Origin: a bacterium
GTDB lineage: Bacteria > Patescibacteriota > Minisyncoccia > Phycocordibacterales > UBA12079
Assembly: GCA_018401295.1 (NCBI GenBank)
Contig: JAGYLJ010000003.1
Coordinates: 3,327 to 67,326 of the forward strand
DNA length: 64,000 nucleotides
Direction of reading: 5' to 3'
Shown piece after piece: positions 47,601 through 57,700 of the stretch; the stretch's first letter is position 1; the number at the start of each line of letters is the position of its first letter. The position numbers and the translations under genes were made by a program. A model generated the notes under the pieces. That model saw nothing but the letters and a program-made list of their open reading frames with translations. It was not told the origin of the DNA and ran no database searches.

Positions 47601-47640
47601 TTAACCGCTCATATTCAGCTTCGAATTTCTTTATAGCCAT
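44638..47640 (-). CDS. UvrD/PcrA-type helicase fused to PD-(D/E)XK nuclease (AddA/AdnAB-like)
   Basis: AGPGTGKT, VDEHQD, HSAKGLEF, ALTRAR; C-terminal GNLDKV...VDYKTG...QLVFY and Cys cluster. Confidence 0.92.
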   Translation of the reverse strand: MAIKKFEAEYERLNSNQKKAVDAVEGTVMVVAGPGTGKTQILSLRIANILKQTDTEPENILALTFTNAGVFSMRKRLAEIIGSQAYRANIFTFHSFCEALVNEYGEEFEKISGAKLISPVEQLQIIEEIIEQGDFKKLRPWGDASYYINSLPSVISELKREAISVEKLNQILTKQEREFSQIEDLYHAKGKWKGQMKGKYKKEEKDLEKNKEVAVFYEEYEKRMRTGKLYDYDDVILETIAAMENNSDFLLTLQEKYQYILVDEHQDTNNSQNKILELLTNFFERPNLFIVGDEKQAIYRFQGASLKNFMFFKEKYEDVLMVNLLENYRSTQKILDSAHSLMGNTEEPGGFFGVSELKAMIGGSGVEILVYPFSEKEFEMRFLVEDIQKKIESGTKMNEIAVFYRNNNEVFEITKAMEKARVPFVIESKQDILADVDILKIVLLIKAVNGLGDNALLGEMLFVDFLGIDSLDIYKFVSFSQKNKIGLFDCLSSEKILEEAGVVDVEKLVGLYKKIEGWKKTAMNKDLVTCLEEIIYQSGYFDYVLRSEDSADKLHKINKLFDEAKKFVQEKANLKLSDFVKYLELLENYKLSIKTKSNDLFEGVRLMTAHSAKGLEFDVVYIVNAVDKHWGNNVLRNKFRLPINGIEQDNADERRLFFVALTRARKEVVITYARKKIDGRDQMPSQFLAEIDEKFIKEVDVNDLEVDFIKRFDVSGNSAKRENAGLKNKEYLNKLFLQRGLNATALNNYLQCPWSYFFKSLIKIPMAYNKNMAYGNVVHGTMEEFFENVRQGKKISQKMLLDIFKKNIDKGFLIESEKQEAQAKGEEALASYYTEYHKGWKKEILNEFNIKGILLELVGGQEVSLSGNLDKVELLEDGKVKVVDYKTGKIRSRNNLEGKTKDSNGDYKRQLVFYKLLLDRYNKGQYNMVMGEIDFIEPNENGKHQKELFEIESEEVIALEELIKNISQEILNLSFWDKKCDDKDCEFCKLREVMGGGSQK

Positions 47641-47947
47641 ATTTCTCTCTATTATACCACCCCCTTCCCTTTATTCCACCCAAAACACTTAAAAACGTGT
47701 GGGGGTTGAATCTGTGGAGGTCCAACTTCCACAGATTTTAACTCCTTCCACTTAGAAACCCAGTCTCCAAATAATCTACCGTACTCCAAATACGGTAAAA
47801 AATTCAACGCCCCCAATTTCGGCGCTTCAAGCGCCGAATTTACTAAAAGGCCAAGCCTCTCAGTAAACTGAAGATAACTCAAAAATCAAAAAAAGTAGGT
47901 GCTAAACACCTACTAAAACCTATATATATTCAAAAACCTTCAGTATC

Positions 47948-49543
47948 CTACCTAAACAAAGTCCTCAAAGCACTCAATAATACTCTTATATTCAAAAATC
48001 CATTATAAATAGGAACGGTTTCCTTCTTCAAGCCCAAAAGCCCAAAAACAGCTGTCTGAGCTGACCTAACAGCATATTCAACAGTAAAAACGACATCTTT
48101 TGGTATTTCACAATATTGACCTAAAAAGGCCAAATTAGCATAGCCCACAGGAATTACCAAAGGTCTATCCCCCGCTCGTCTAGGCAAGAAATGACTCGTT
48201 ACATAGGGCGTCATACAAGGAATACAGATCGCACTCTTTAATATTTCTTCTAAATACTCCTCAAAACCAAGATGGTAAATTAACTCCGTTAAAATTTCTT
48301 CCCCAGTGCATTCTGTCATTTTTTTCTTCACAAAATTTCCCTCCTTATCTGGAGATAAGCCCATCCCCCAACACAAATTTATTTCTTTTGGTTGATTAAT
48401 AAAATAAGGTTTGTAGGTCAACACAATAGACATAAACCAATTTGAATCAACCAAGTTAAGCCCTCCGTAGGTCGTCACTTTTTTATTAATAAATTTTCCA
48501 ATTAATTCAAAAAATATTGAATCTCTAAAAGTTATAGTAAAAGAAGTCCATTTAGATTTATTCACATCAGAATTGAAAACAGATGGCTTCCCAAACTCTG
48601 GTCTATTCTTTGAAATATTTTCCCAAAAAGTCCAAGCTGGACTTTTGTCCTTATCATAATTTAAAATCGGTACTCTAGTCATAGAACCAAAACTAGAATT
48701 AGTCACGATAGAACCTAATGTAACAAAAACATAATCATCCTCCTCTACCAAAACTCTACCAACCATCTCTCCTTTTTTGAAATAAATTTTACTTACTTTC
48801 TCTTCGCCTTTATCAGAATCAAAATCTAAATTAACAACCTCCGTCCCTAACACAAATTCAACTCCGTGTTCCTCCAACCAATCAACAATGGGCAAGACCA
48901 AAAACTCATATTGATTGTATGGGGCAATTTCTATTCCCTCTACAGTATCAATATTTGGAAAACTTTGAATAAATCTAATAAAATATCTTCTGAATTCAAT
49001 CAAACTATGCCAAGGTTGAAAAGCAAACACTGTACAAAACTCATACCAAAAATTAGACTTAAAAAAAGCTGGAGTAAAATGATCCTGAATTTCTAAATCA
49101 TTTAGAGAAGATTCTCTTTTTAACAATAAACTAAAAATTTTAAATCTATCCTTAAGTTTTAATCCTAGAGGTCTAGCATCAATTGCCTTCCCATTTTTTA
49201 ACAATCTTGATTTAGAATAAGATCTATTCTTTTGATTGAAATCAACAAATTCCTCTCTAATAGTTTTCCCAGGCATAGTCAAAGAAGGAATTTGAGACAT
49301 TAAATCAAAGACACAGGTAAAGGCCTTCTCCTCAAACATCCTAACCCCTCGCATCACATATCCATCACCCGATGATAGATCCTGAGAATCAAGACTCCCT
49401 CCTATTTTCTTAGATTGCTCAAAAATCTTTATATTTTCACCCCTAAAATCCCCGTCATTAATTAAATAAACAGCCGCCGCCAAAGACGAAATACCACCCC
49501 CCACCAAATACGCTTTTGAATTGTTTTTTTCTGATAATGCCAT
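47948..49543 (-). CDS. Oleate hydratase (MCRA family)
   Basis: GGGISSL FAD motif, GGSLD, GYVMRGVRM, FAFQPWHS, YNQYE, DVVFTVEY. Confidence 0.92.
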   Translation of the reverse strand: MALSEKNNSKAYLVGGGISSLAAAVYLINDGDFRGENIKIFEQSKKIGGSLDSQDLSSGDGYVMRGVRMFEEKAFTCVFDLMSQIPSLTMPGKTIREEFVDFNQKNRSYSKSRLLKNGKAIDARPLGLKLKDRFKIFSLLLKRESSLNDLEIQDHFTPAFFKSNFWYEFCTVFAFQPWHSLIEFRRYFIRFIQSFPNIDTVEGIEIAPYNQYEFLVLPIVDWLEEHGVEFVLGTEVVNLDFDSDKGEEKVSKIYFKKGEMVGRVLVEEDDYVFVTLGSIVTNSSFGSMTRVPILNYDKDKSPAWTFWENISKNRPEFGKPSVFNSDVNKSKWTSFTITFRDSIFFELIGKFINKKVTTYGGLNLVDSNWFMSIVLTYKPYFINQPKEINLCWGMGLSPDKEGNFVKKKMTECTGEEILTELIYHLGFEEYLEEILKSAICIPCMTPYVTSHFLPRRAGDRPLVIPVGYANLAFLGQYCEIPKDVVFTVEYAVRSAQTAVFGLLGLKKETVPIYNGFLNIRVLLSALRTLFR

Positions 49544-49666
49544 AATCTAATGTTCAATCTCTACCTGTAGGTCCCTTAAATTATAACAATAATACGAAAA
49601 CCAAGCCAATTTGCGTCGCAAAAAAATATGTTATAATTTTATTATATAAATAATTAATAAAATCCT

Positions 49667-51370
49667 ATGAATCTTGAGTCACAACCAAATAGTGAGGGAA
49701 AAGAAGTCTTGAACAAGGAAGAGGAAAATAAACAAGTTAAGATGGAAACTCCCAGTTCTCTACTAGAAAGTGCTATCAAAAATATTGAACAAACTGGAGA
49801 AAACGATTCTTCAACAGAAATTCTCAAACAAACATTCCAAGACACTCTAAAGACTCTAGAAAGTGATGGAGAAACAACTAAAGAAGAACAAGAACTTAAC
49901 ATCTTCATTGCCTACCAAGGTTTGAAAGAAGTAGAACAATATGTAGACGAAGAAGATAGATCAAAACTTGATGAAATAAAAAACTCCCTAACGCAAAAAA
50001 TTCAGGAGTCATCTGGTATTGATTTAGAAGGAGAAGAGATAGGTGAAATGGAAGACCTAGATGAGAAATTAAAAGAATCAAAAAAAATCCTAGAAAAGTT
50101 TGCCACCGAAGGAACTCCTAATTCCCCAGAAGAAACTTCTGCTCAACAAGAAGAATTTGAAAAATATTTTAGTTTAAAACAAGAAATCAGTAAAAGACAA
50201 CAAGAAGTTTTAGGAAAACAAGAAAGTTTTTATAAACAATACGCTGAAAAAGTATCCGGATTTTTTGAAGGAATAGGCGCAAAGGTAGACAATTGGACGC
50301 TTGGAAATAAGTTAACTAATTTTATAGGAGAACACAAACTAGCTAGTAAAACTATGAAAACGGCTACTGCAGGCCTTCTAGCCTTTGGAGCTTTGGGAGC
50401 AATAGATTTATTTAATCCTGACACCAGCGAGGCAGCCGAAACAAATGATCAAGAAAAAAACGATTTTGTGACCATGATGAAAGCCCGTGGGATGAGCGAA
50501 GAAGATGCACAAAAGGTTTACGAATCGCAAATGGCTAAGATTAATAGTTTTAACCAAGAGAATGTTGGAAACACCATAGAAGATTCAATTATTAAAGGTG
50601 AAATTGAACTTAAGATAGGTAATGAAAAAAATATTCACGTTAATGAAAGAAGCCAGGAACAGGGGGAACTAGACTTTGTCAAAGGAGCAAGAACAAATTC
50701 TGTGGAATACGGTTATTATTATTCAAATGGAAATTGGTCCGCCGCTTCTAATACAATCGAAGGTAATGCTATTGACGTCGATAAAAATTTTTTGAACAAG
50801 TCTCTAGAAAAACTAAAACAAGTCAATGATTCTCAAGGGGAAAGTACAAAAGAAATCTATCATTATCACATACACCCCGCTAGCGTTGCTCTCTTCGAAA
50901 AATTTGGGGAAATCGGCGAAATTCGACCAGTGCCACCAAGCCTTGCCGATATAGATTTTTATGCCAAACAAGAAAATGCTCTAGAAAAAGATGGCGTCGA
51001 ATTTAAAGGAAAGGTGGCAGATTTAACGGGAGTCTGGACAATAAACTCCGTCGACCTAGAAAAAATGGGTCAAATCTTTTTAGAAAAAGTAAGAGCGGGG
51101 GAAGCCAGTAACCGTGACGACCTTTACGCCCCTATTATCAATAAGTATATTTTTGGAAAAGAATTTAAACTAGAAAATATTGATGAGTTTACAAAGGAAA
51201 TGAAAACATTAGGAATAGACTTAGAATACAAAGCCACAGAGAAAGATGCTCTAAATGATAGGAAAAAAGGCCTAAAAAACTTAACTGAAGAATACCTCAA
51301 AACCAACGATTTGAATAAAGATAAACTCCCCCCTAACCTCTCATCATACTTTAAAAAAATCCTTGGATAA
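49667..51370 (+). CDS. Hypothetical single-TM protein with acidic N-terminus and JAB/MPN-like motif
   Basis: Hydrophobic ATAGLLAFGALGAI; VEYG...HYHIHP...PPSLAD. Confidence 0.7.
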   Translation: MNLESQPNSEGKEVLNKEEENKQVKMETPSSLLESAIKNIEQTGENDSSTEILKQTFQDTLKTLESDGETTKEEQELNIFIAYQGLKEVEQYVDEEDRSKLDEIKNSLTQKIQESSGIDLEGEEIGEMEDLDEKLKESKKILEKFATEGTPNSPEETSAQQEEFEKYFSLKQEISKRQQEVLGKQESFYKQYAEKVSGFFEGIGAKVDNWTLGNKLTNFIGEHKLASKTMKTATAGLLAFGALGAIDLFNPDTSEAAETNDQEKNDFVTMMKARGMSEEDAQKVYESQMAKINSFNQENVGNTIEDSIIKGEIELKIGNEKNIHVNERSQEQGELDFVKGARTNSVEYGYYYSNGNWSAASNTIEGNAIDVDKNFLNKSLEKLKQVNDSQGESTKEIYHYHIHPASVALFEKFGEIGEIRPVPPSLADIDFYAKQENALEKDGVEFKGKVADLTGVWTINSVDLEKMGQIFLEKVRAGEASNRDDLYAPIINKYIFGKEFKLENIDEFTKEMKTLGIDLEYKATEKDALNDRKKGLKNLTEEYLKTNDLNKDKLPPNLSSYFKKILG

Positions 51371-51384
51371 TTTAAATAAAAACT

Positions 51385-51651
51385 ATGGAAAAAATATTAA
51401 ATGAACTACCACAAAATATAAAAGAAAAAATAATTGAAATTGGTGAACAGGATCAAGAATTATACTCAATTATACTGAATAAACTCATCAGACTTAAAAT
51501 AACAGCGGGTACCGGAAACTTAAAAATTTGGGAAAAAATTCAAGAGGAAGAAGAAAACCTTCTAGAAATTTTATTGGGAGAATTAAACAAACAAGAAAAA
51601 ATAGAAAAAATAAGGGAGGAACTTAAAAATCAAAATCCCTCAAACGATTAA
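51385..51651 (+). CDS. Hypothetical small protein
   Basis: 88 aa, 14 nt after the previous gene; overlaps the rpoD 3' end. Confidence 0.55.
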   Translation: MEKILNELPQNIKEKIIEIGEQDQELYSIILNKLIRLKITAGTGNLKIWEKIQEEEENLLEILLGELNKQEKIEKIREELKNQNPSND

Positions 51652-52882
51652 TCTTTTCATTTTGTCTTATTTTTTCATGAGCTTTCGCTTCAATTTGACG
51701 AATTCTTTCTCTAGTCACCCCAAATTCTTTACCGACTTCTTCCAAAGTACAATAGACTCCATCCCCAATTCCATTACGCATTTCTAAAATCTTTTTTTCT
51801 TTAAAAGTTAAGTCGTTTAAAACATCTCTAATCTGATCAGCTAAAATTCTTTTAGACACTTTTTGCTCAGGAGAATCAATTTTATCATCAGGTGTAAAAT
51901 CCTCTAGGGTTGATTTACCATCACCGTCTTCCCCTCCTATAGGGTTCTCTAATGAAACAATCTTTCTATCTATCCTTAAAATATTGTGAACTTTATCCAC
52001 AGTTAAATCCATCTCCACAGCAATTTCTTCTGGTAAAGGCTTCCTGCCTAACTCCTGTGATAATCTTCTAACTGTTTGTTTATATTTAGCAATTGTCTCA
52101 ACCATATGAACTGGAATTCTAATTGTTCTAGACTGATCAGCTAGAGCACGAGTGATAGCCTGTCTAATCCACCAAGTTGCATAAGTAGAAAACTTAAATC
52201 CTTTAGTCCAATCAAATTTTTCTACCGCCTTAAACAAACCTAAACTTCCCTCTTGAATTAAATCTAACAAAGTTAAATCAGAACTTCTCCCCATATATTT
52301 CTTAGCAATAGAAACTACCAAACGCAAATTGGCACGAGCTAATAAATTCTTAGCCTCTTCATCACCTGCTTCAATTCTTTGTGCTAAAGATTTCTCTTGA
52401 GCCTGAGTTAAGAGCTCATATCGTCCAATTTCCTTTAAATACATTTGAATAGAATCTCCAGAACCACGATCATATTTTTCTGGTTTTCTCAAAAGATCTT
52501 CAGACTCTGCATCTAAAATACCTTTATTTTCTAAAACATCAATCCCCATTTTATCAAAATTTTCATAGACTTCCTCAAGGAAAAACAAATCATTCTCCAC
52601 ATATGGAAACTCTTTAAGAATATTATCAAAAGTCACAAAACCCATTTCTTTTCCTTTCTTCATAAGACTGTCTATCTTTTCTTTTTTCTCAGCGTCTTTC
52701 TTCGTTATTTTCTTAACTTTCTTTACAACCGTTTTTTTAACTGATTTCGCTTTCTTTGTTAAAACCTTTTTTGGTTTTTTTATTGAAACTTTCTTCTTTA
52801 CAGCAACTTTCTTTACAGGTTTTTTTAGTACCTTTTTTTTTACTGTCTTTTTCTTCATTTCTTTTTTAATTTTCTTTGGCAT
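51623..52882 (-). CDS. rpoD: Primary sigma factor RpoD with Lys-rich N-terminus
   Basis: [40 protein letters not shown]. Confidence 0.95.
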   Translation of the reverse strand: MPKKIKKEMKKKTVKKKVLKKPVKKVAVKKKVSIKKPKKVLTKKAKSVKKTVVKKVKKITKKDAEKKEKIDSLMKKGKEMGFVTFDNILKEFPYVENDLFFLEEVYENFDKMGIDVLENKGILDAESEDLLRKPEKYDRGSGDSIQMYLKEIGRYELLTQAQEKSLAQRIEAGDEEAKNLLARANLRLVVSIAKKYMGRSSDLTLLDLIQEGSLGLFKAVEKFDWTKGFKFSTYATWWIRQAITRALADQSRTIRIPVHMVETIAKYKQTVRRLSQELGRKPLPEEIAVEMDLTVDKVHNILRIDRKIVSLENPIGGEDGDGKSTLEDFTPDDKIDSPEQKVSKRILADQIRDVLNDLTFKEKKILEMRNGIGDGVYCTLEEVGKEFGVTRERIRQIEAKAHEKIRQNEKINRLRDFDF

Positions 52883-52901
52883 AATAATTTTGTTTAGTTA
52901 G

Positions 52902-54635
52902 TTATTTAAATTTATTTCTTTGTTTTGATAATTTGTCATAATCTTTCAAATACTTTAAAGCCTCTTCCTTGTCTCCTGCCTTTTCAGCCTTTTTTTGTTC
53001 TACAATTACGTCTTTTATCTTTTCATCTATTAATTCAATTTTTAAATTATTAAATAACTCTCTAATCTTTTTGTCTGTATTTTCAAAATCACCGTATAAA
53101 ATTTCTACCTCAAAAGTAATCTCATCTTTTATCTTCTCACTTAAATTTTCAATTTTTTCAAAAACTTCGTCTCCTATAATATCTTTAATTTCTTTCCTAA
53201 AATCCTCAAGATTTAAAATAGGTTTTTCTGAATTTTTCTGCCACCAATATATCCCTGATATTTGCCTTAAAATAATTTGTCTCCTATTTTTTTTACCCTC
53301 TGAGGATAATTTTTTACCCAGACTTTGTTTTACATAAGGGGTTGCTAATCTTAAAAAGTCCTCTTTATTAATTTTGTTCAATTCAACCCAAATTACCTTA
53401 GCTGTAACTCCCAATTTCTCAGCTATATCTTCCACAAAATTAGCCTTCTCTATTTCACTTTCAATCAATACCACAAAAGGTAACACTTTCTCTTGCACTG
53501 CCTGACCTAACTTACGTTTGTCACTAATTTCACTTATTAATTTATCTAAATAAAAATCAACAATATGTTTGGCTTCTTTTAATGCTTTCTGCCAACCTTC
53601 CCTATCTCTTAAAATAAAGTCAGCAGGATCTTGGCCCTCAGGAATATTCATCAACCGAACTTCCATGGCTTCTATCAAAGCCAATCTTGTGGCTTTACTG
53701 GCTGAAATAAAACCAGCGTTATCACCATCAAAAGCCACTACAATTCTATTTGATAGACGTTTTAAAAGATTTAAGTGCCCTTGACTTAATGCGGTTCCAG
53801 AACTGGCGACAGTATTATCATAGCCAGCTTGATGACATATTAGAAGATCCATTTGACCTTCAACCAAAATTGAAAAATTTTTTTTTCTGATAGCTAGCTT
53901 GGCAAAATTATAACCATACAAAATATTTGATTTACTAAATAAAATGGTCTCAGGACTATTCAAATATTTCGCAGTAATCACTCCCTCTTTTTCATCTTTT
54001 CCAAAAAACCTACCTGAAAAAGCTACTGGGCGATTTGAATTGTCAAATAGCGGAAAAATTATTCTATTTCTAAATCTATCATAAAACCTATCCCCCTTTT
54101 CACTTCTTTTAACTAAACCAGCCTTTTCCATCTCTATATCACTATATTTTTTTTGCTTCAAAAAAAGATACAGACCCTGCCAACCTTCTTCTGCAAAACC
54201 TAATCTAAATTTCTTAATAATCTGATCCGTTATACCGCGTTTCTTTAGATATTCTAAGGCTTCCCTATTTCTCTCTAAATTATTTTCGAAGTAAACTGTA
54301 GCTTCCTCCAAAGCACTATAAATTCTTCTACTCTCATCAACTTTTTTTGGGTCTTCTTTTTCTAAACTAACCCCAGCTTTTTCCGCCAAAATATTAAGAG
54401 CCCCTTTGAAATCAACACCTTCATATTTTTCTATGAACGAAAAGATATCTCCTCCTTCACCACAACCGAAACATTTATAAGTTCCCCTTGTTGGTGACAG
54501 AAAAAAAGAAGGTGTTTTTTCATTGTGAAAAGGACAACATGCTTTCAAATTTAAACCAGCTTTTTCTAATTTGATGTAGGATCCAACCACATCAACTATA
54601 TTCAACCGATCTTTTATTTTTTCAACGTTATCCAC
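52902..54635 (-). CDS. dnaG: DNA primase
   Basis: CPFHNEKTPSF, KYLNSPET, VEGQMD, FDGDNAG. Confidence 0.96.
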   Translation of the reverse strand: MDNVEKIKDRLNIVDVVGSYIKLEKAGLNLKACCPFHNEKTPSFFLSPTRGTYKCFGCGEGGDIFSFIEKYEGVDFKGALNILAEKAGVSLEKEDPKKVDESRRIYSALEEATVYFENNLERNREALEYLKKRGITDQIIKKFRLGFAEEGWQGLYLFLKQKKYSDIEMEKAGLVKRSEKGDRFYDRFRNRIIFPLFDNSNRPVAFSGRFFGKDEKEGVITAKYLNSPETILFSKSNILYGYNFAKLAIRKKNFSILVEGQMDLLICHQAGYDNTVASSGTALSQGHLNLLKRLSNRIVVAFDGDNAGFISASKATRLALIEAMEVRLMNIPEGQDPADFILRDREGWQKALKEAKHIVDFYLDKLISEISDKRKLGQAVQEKVLPFVVLIESEIEKANFVEDIAEKLGVTAKVIWVELNKINKEDFLRLATPYVKQSLGKKLSSEGKKNRRQIILRQISGIYWWQKNSEKPILNLEDFRKEIKDIIGDEVFEKIENLSEKIKDEITFEVEILYGDFENTDKKIRELFNNLKIELIDEKIKDVIVEQKKAEKAGDKEEALKYLKDYDKLSKQRNKFK

Positions 54636-54702
54636 AGTAAATATTTGGTACTAAATACTTCTCATAAAATAATCTTTATTTTATAATATACGCTATTTGG
54701 TG

Positions 54703-57700
54703 CTAGCTCCTTTCAATTTCCTCCTCTGGTTCATCTATCTCCTCTATCATTTTCCATTTTTCGCTACCCTCAAAACCAGAACCGGCTGGTACCAATCTAC
54801 CTATAATAATATTCTCTTTCAGACCAACTAAATCATCCACGGCTCCCCCAATTGAAGCATTAATCAGCATTTTAGTAGTATTTTGGAAAGAAACAGAAGA
54901 AAGGAAACTTTCTCTTGTTAGAGACGTTTCAGTAATACCTAAAACTAATGAGATTCCTTTGGCCTCTTCTAACCCTGCTTCTCTAGCTTTTACATTTTCT
55001 CGATTTAACTCAGTATCTTCAACAATACTACCAACAGCAAGGGAGGTTCCACCAGATGATTTGATTTTTTTACGAGACATCATCTGCTTTATAATCACTT
55101 CAATATGTTTTCGTGAAGTAGATGCGCCTTGTAATTCATAAATTTTAATTGTTTCTCTAATTATGTACTCCTGAGCTTTCTCTTTCCCGGCATACCTAAA
55201 TAACTCTGCTATATCTGCTGAACCGTCTGTCAAAATATCACCTTTTTTAACACGGTCTCCAATTTTTACCAATAGGGTCCTGTTATATGGGATAGCATAG
55301 GAAACCTGCTGTTTACCTTTAGCCGTAGCTGAACGGCTATCAATATCAGGCATAATAATTAATTTTCTCTCTTTACTATCTTCATCAAAATCAGTCACTA
55401 TTCCATTAATTTTACTAACAGTAGCTAAAGACTTAGGAATTCTCCTCTCAAAAATTTCCTCAACCCTTGGTAACCCTTGTGTAATGTCACCACCAACAGA
55501 AGCTGTTCCCCCTGTGTGGAAGGTTCTCATGGTCAACTGAGTACCAGGTTCACCAATGGCCTGAGCAGCGATAGTTCCGACAGCTTCACCTAAATCAACC
55601 AACTCATTGGTTCCAAAATCTGTTCCATAACATTTTTGACAAATACCACGGAAAGTTCCACAGGTCATCGGTGATCTAACATCAACTGATTCAATTCCTA
55701 ATCCCTCAATTGTTTTAGCGTCATCTTCAGTAACTAAATGGCCTTTCTTAAACAAAACTTTTCCTTCTTTATCTTCGATTTTTTTAGCTAGGACTCTTCC
55801 TCTAATATTTTTAGCCAAAGATATTTCTATACCAGATAATTGTTCTTTTTTGAGGTTAATATAATTATTTGTTCCACAATCATCTTCGATGATAACCACA
55901 TCCTGAGCCACATCAAATAATTTTCTAGTCAAATAACCTGCTTTTGACGTATTCAAAGCCGTATCTGCCAAACCTTTTCGTGAACCATGGGTAGTAGTAA
56001 AGTACTCGATAGGAGTTAACCCTTCTTTCAAACAAGAAATAACTGGGGTTTCAATTGTCTCACCAGCCGTATTTTGAATTAGACCTCTCATCCCAGCCAT
56101 CTGAGTAAATTGGCCCAAAGAACCTCTGGCACCAGAAATCCACATATTATAAGCAGAACCATGTTTATCTAACGTCTCTGGAATAAGACTTTCTAACTCA
56201 TCCTTAGCTGCGTGCCACAATTCTATATTCTTCCTTCTCCTTTCATCTTGAGTTAAGAGACCATCATTATATTGGGACCAAACGATATTTGATTTCTCTT
56301 TAGTTCTATCAACGATCTCATACTTACTCTTAGGAATAGTCACGTTATCAATTCCCCAAGTAATCCCTGATTTCGTAGCATATTTAAATCCAAAGTCTTT
56401 TATTTTACCAAGTACTGGAGCAATATTTTTCATTCCATACATCTTAATCAGATTATTTGTTATCTGTGAAATTTCTTTTTTACCAACTTTATCATTTATG
56501 TAAGGATAATCTTTCGGTAAAATACTATTGAAAAGTAATCTCCCGGCAGTTGTTTCAAAAACTTCACCTTTAAATTCGGCATACCTAGGACTATCAGACG
56601 GCAAAACTTTAATTAGAGTCCCATAATCAATTACTCCAAAATCACAAGCTGTAATAGCTTCATTTACACTTGAAAAAAACTTATTTTCTCTTTTATCCCC
56701 TTCAACCACTTTAGTCATCCAGTAACAACCTAAAGCCATATCCATTTTAGGATCAACAATTGGACTACCAGTACCAGGTTTTAAAATATTTTTATCAGCC
56801 GCCATAATTTCCCTTGCCTCTGCCTGAGCTTTATTTGTCAAAGGAACATGAACAGCCATCATATCACCATCGAAGTCAGCGTTGAAAGCAGAACAAACTA
56901 ATGGGTGAACTTGAATAGCCATTCCTTCTATTAGAAGAGGACGAAAAGCCTGAATACCCAGACGGTGCAAAGTCGGAGCTCTATTCAATAAAACATATTT
57001 ATCTTTAATAACATCTTCCAAGATAGCCCATACTTCGGGACTGCCCTCTTCAATCAATCTACCTGCCCATTTTATATTATGAGCTAATTCATCTTTCAAT
57101 ATTCTAGAAATAACGAAAGGTCTAAACAATTCAAGTGCCATGAATTTAGGTAAGCCACACTCATCTAAATTTAAGTCAGGACCAACAACAATAACTGATC
57201 GCCCTGAGTAATCAACTCTTTTTCCAAGAAGGTTTTGTCTAAACAAGCCCTGTTTCCCTTTCAAGTTATCTGACAAAGATTTAAGAGGTCTTCTTTGAGC
57301 TTGGCTCATAACCGACGATGAACCAGTGTATTTAATAGAGTTATCTATCAAAGAGTCCACTGCCTCCTGTAAAATTCTTTTTTCGTTTCTTAAAATAACG
57401 TCGGGTGCATTAATTTCTTGCAACTTCTTAAGACGATTATTCCTATTAATTACCCTTCTATATAAATCATTTACATCTGAAGTTGCGTGTCTTCCTCCCC
57501 CCAAAACAACCATAGGACGAAGAGCTGGAGGAATAACAGGAACACGAGTAAGAAACATCCATTCCGGTCTTGTCTTAGATCTAATCAAAGATTCAATTAA
57601 TTCTAAACGTTTATTTACTTTTTCTGTCTTTATGGATCCAGCCTTGACCAAACCATTCTCTAATTCTTCTTTTAACTTTTCAAGATCTATTTGTTTACAA

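Noticed and set aside
47652-47882. 76-aa ORF between the helicase and oleate hydratase
   Set aside because: TTG start directly after a terminator, no SD, no motif, and it overlaps the helicase -10 box.
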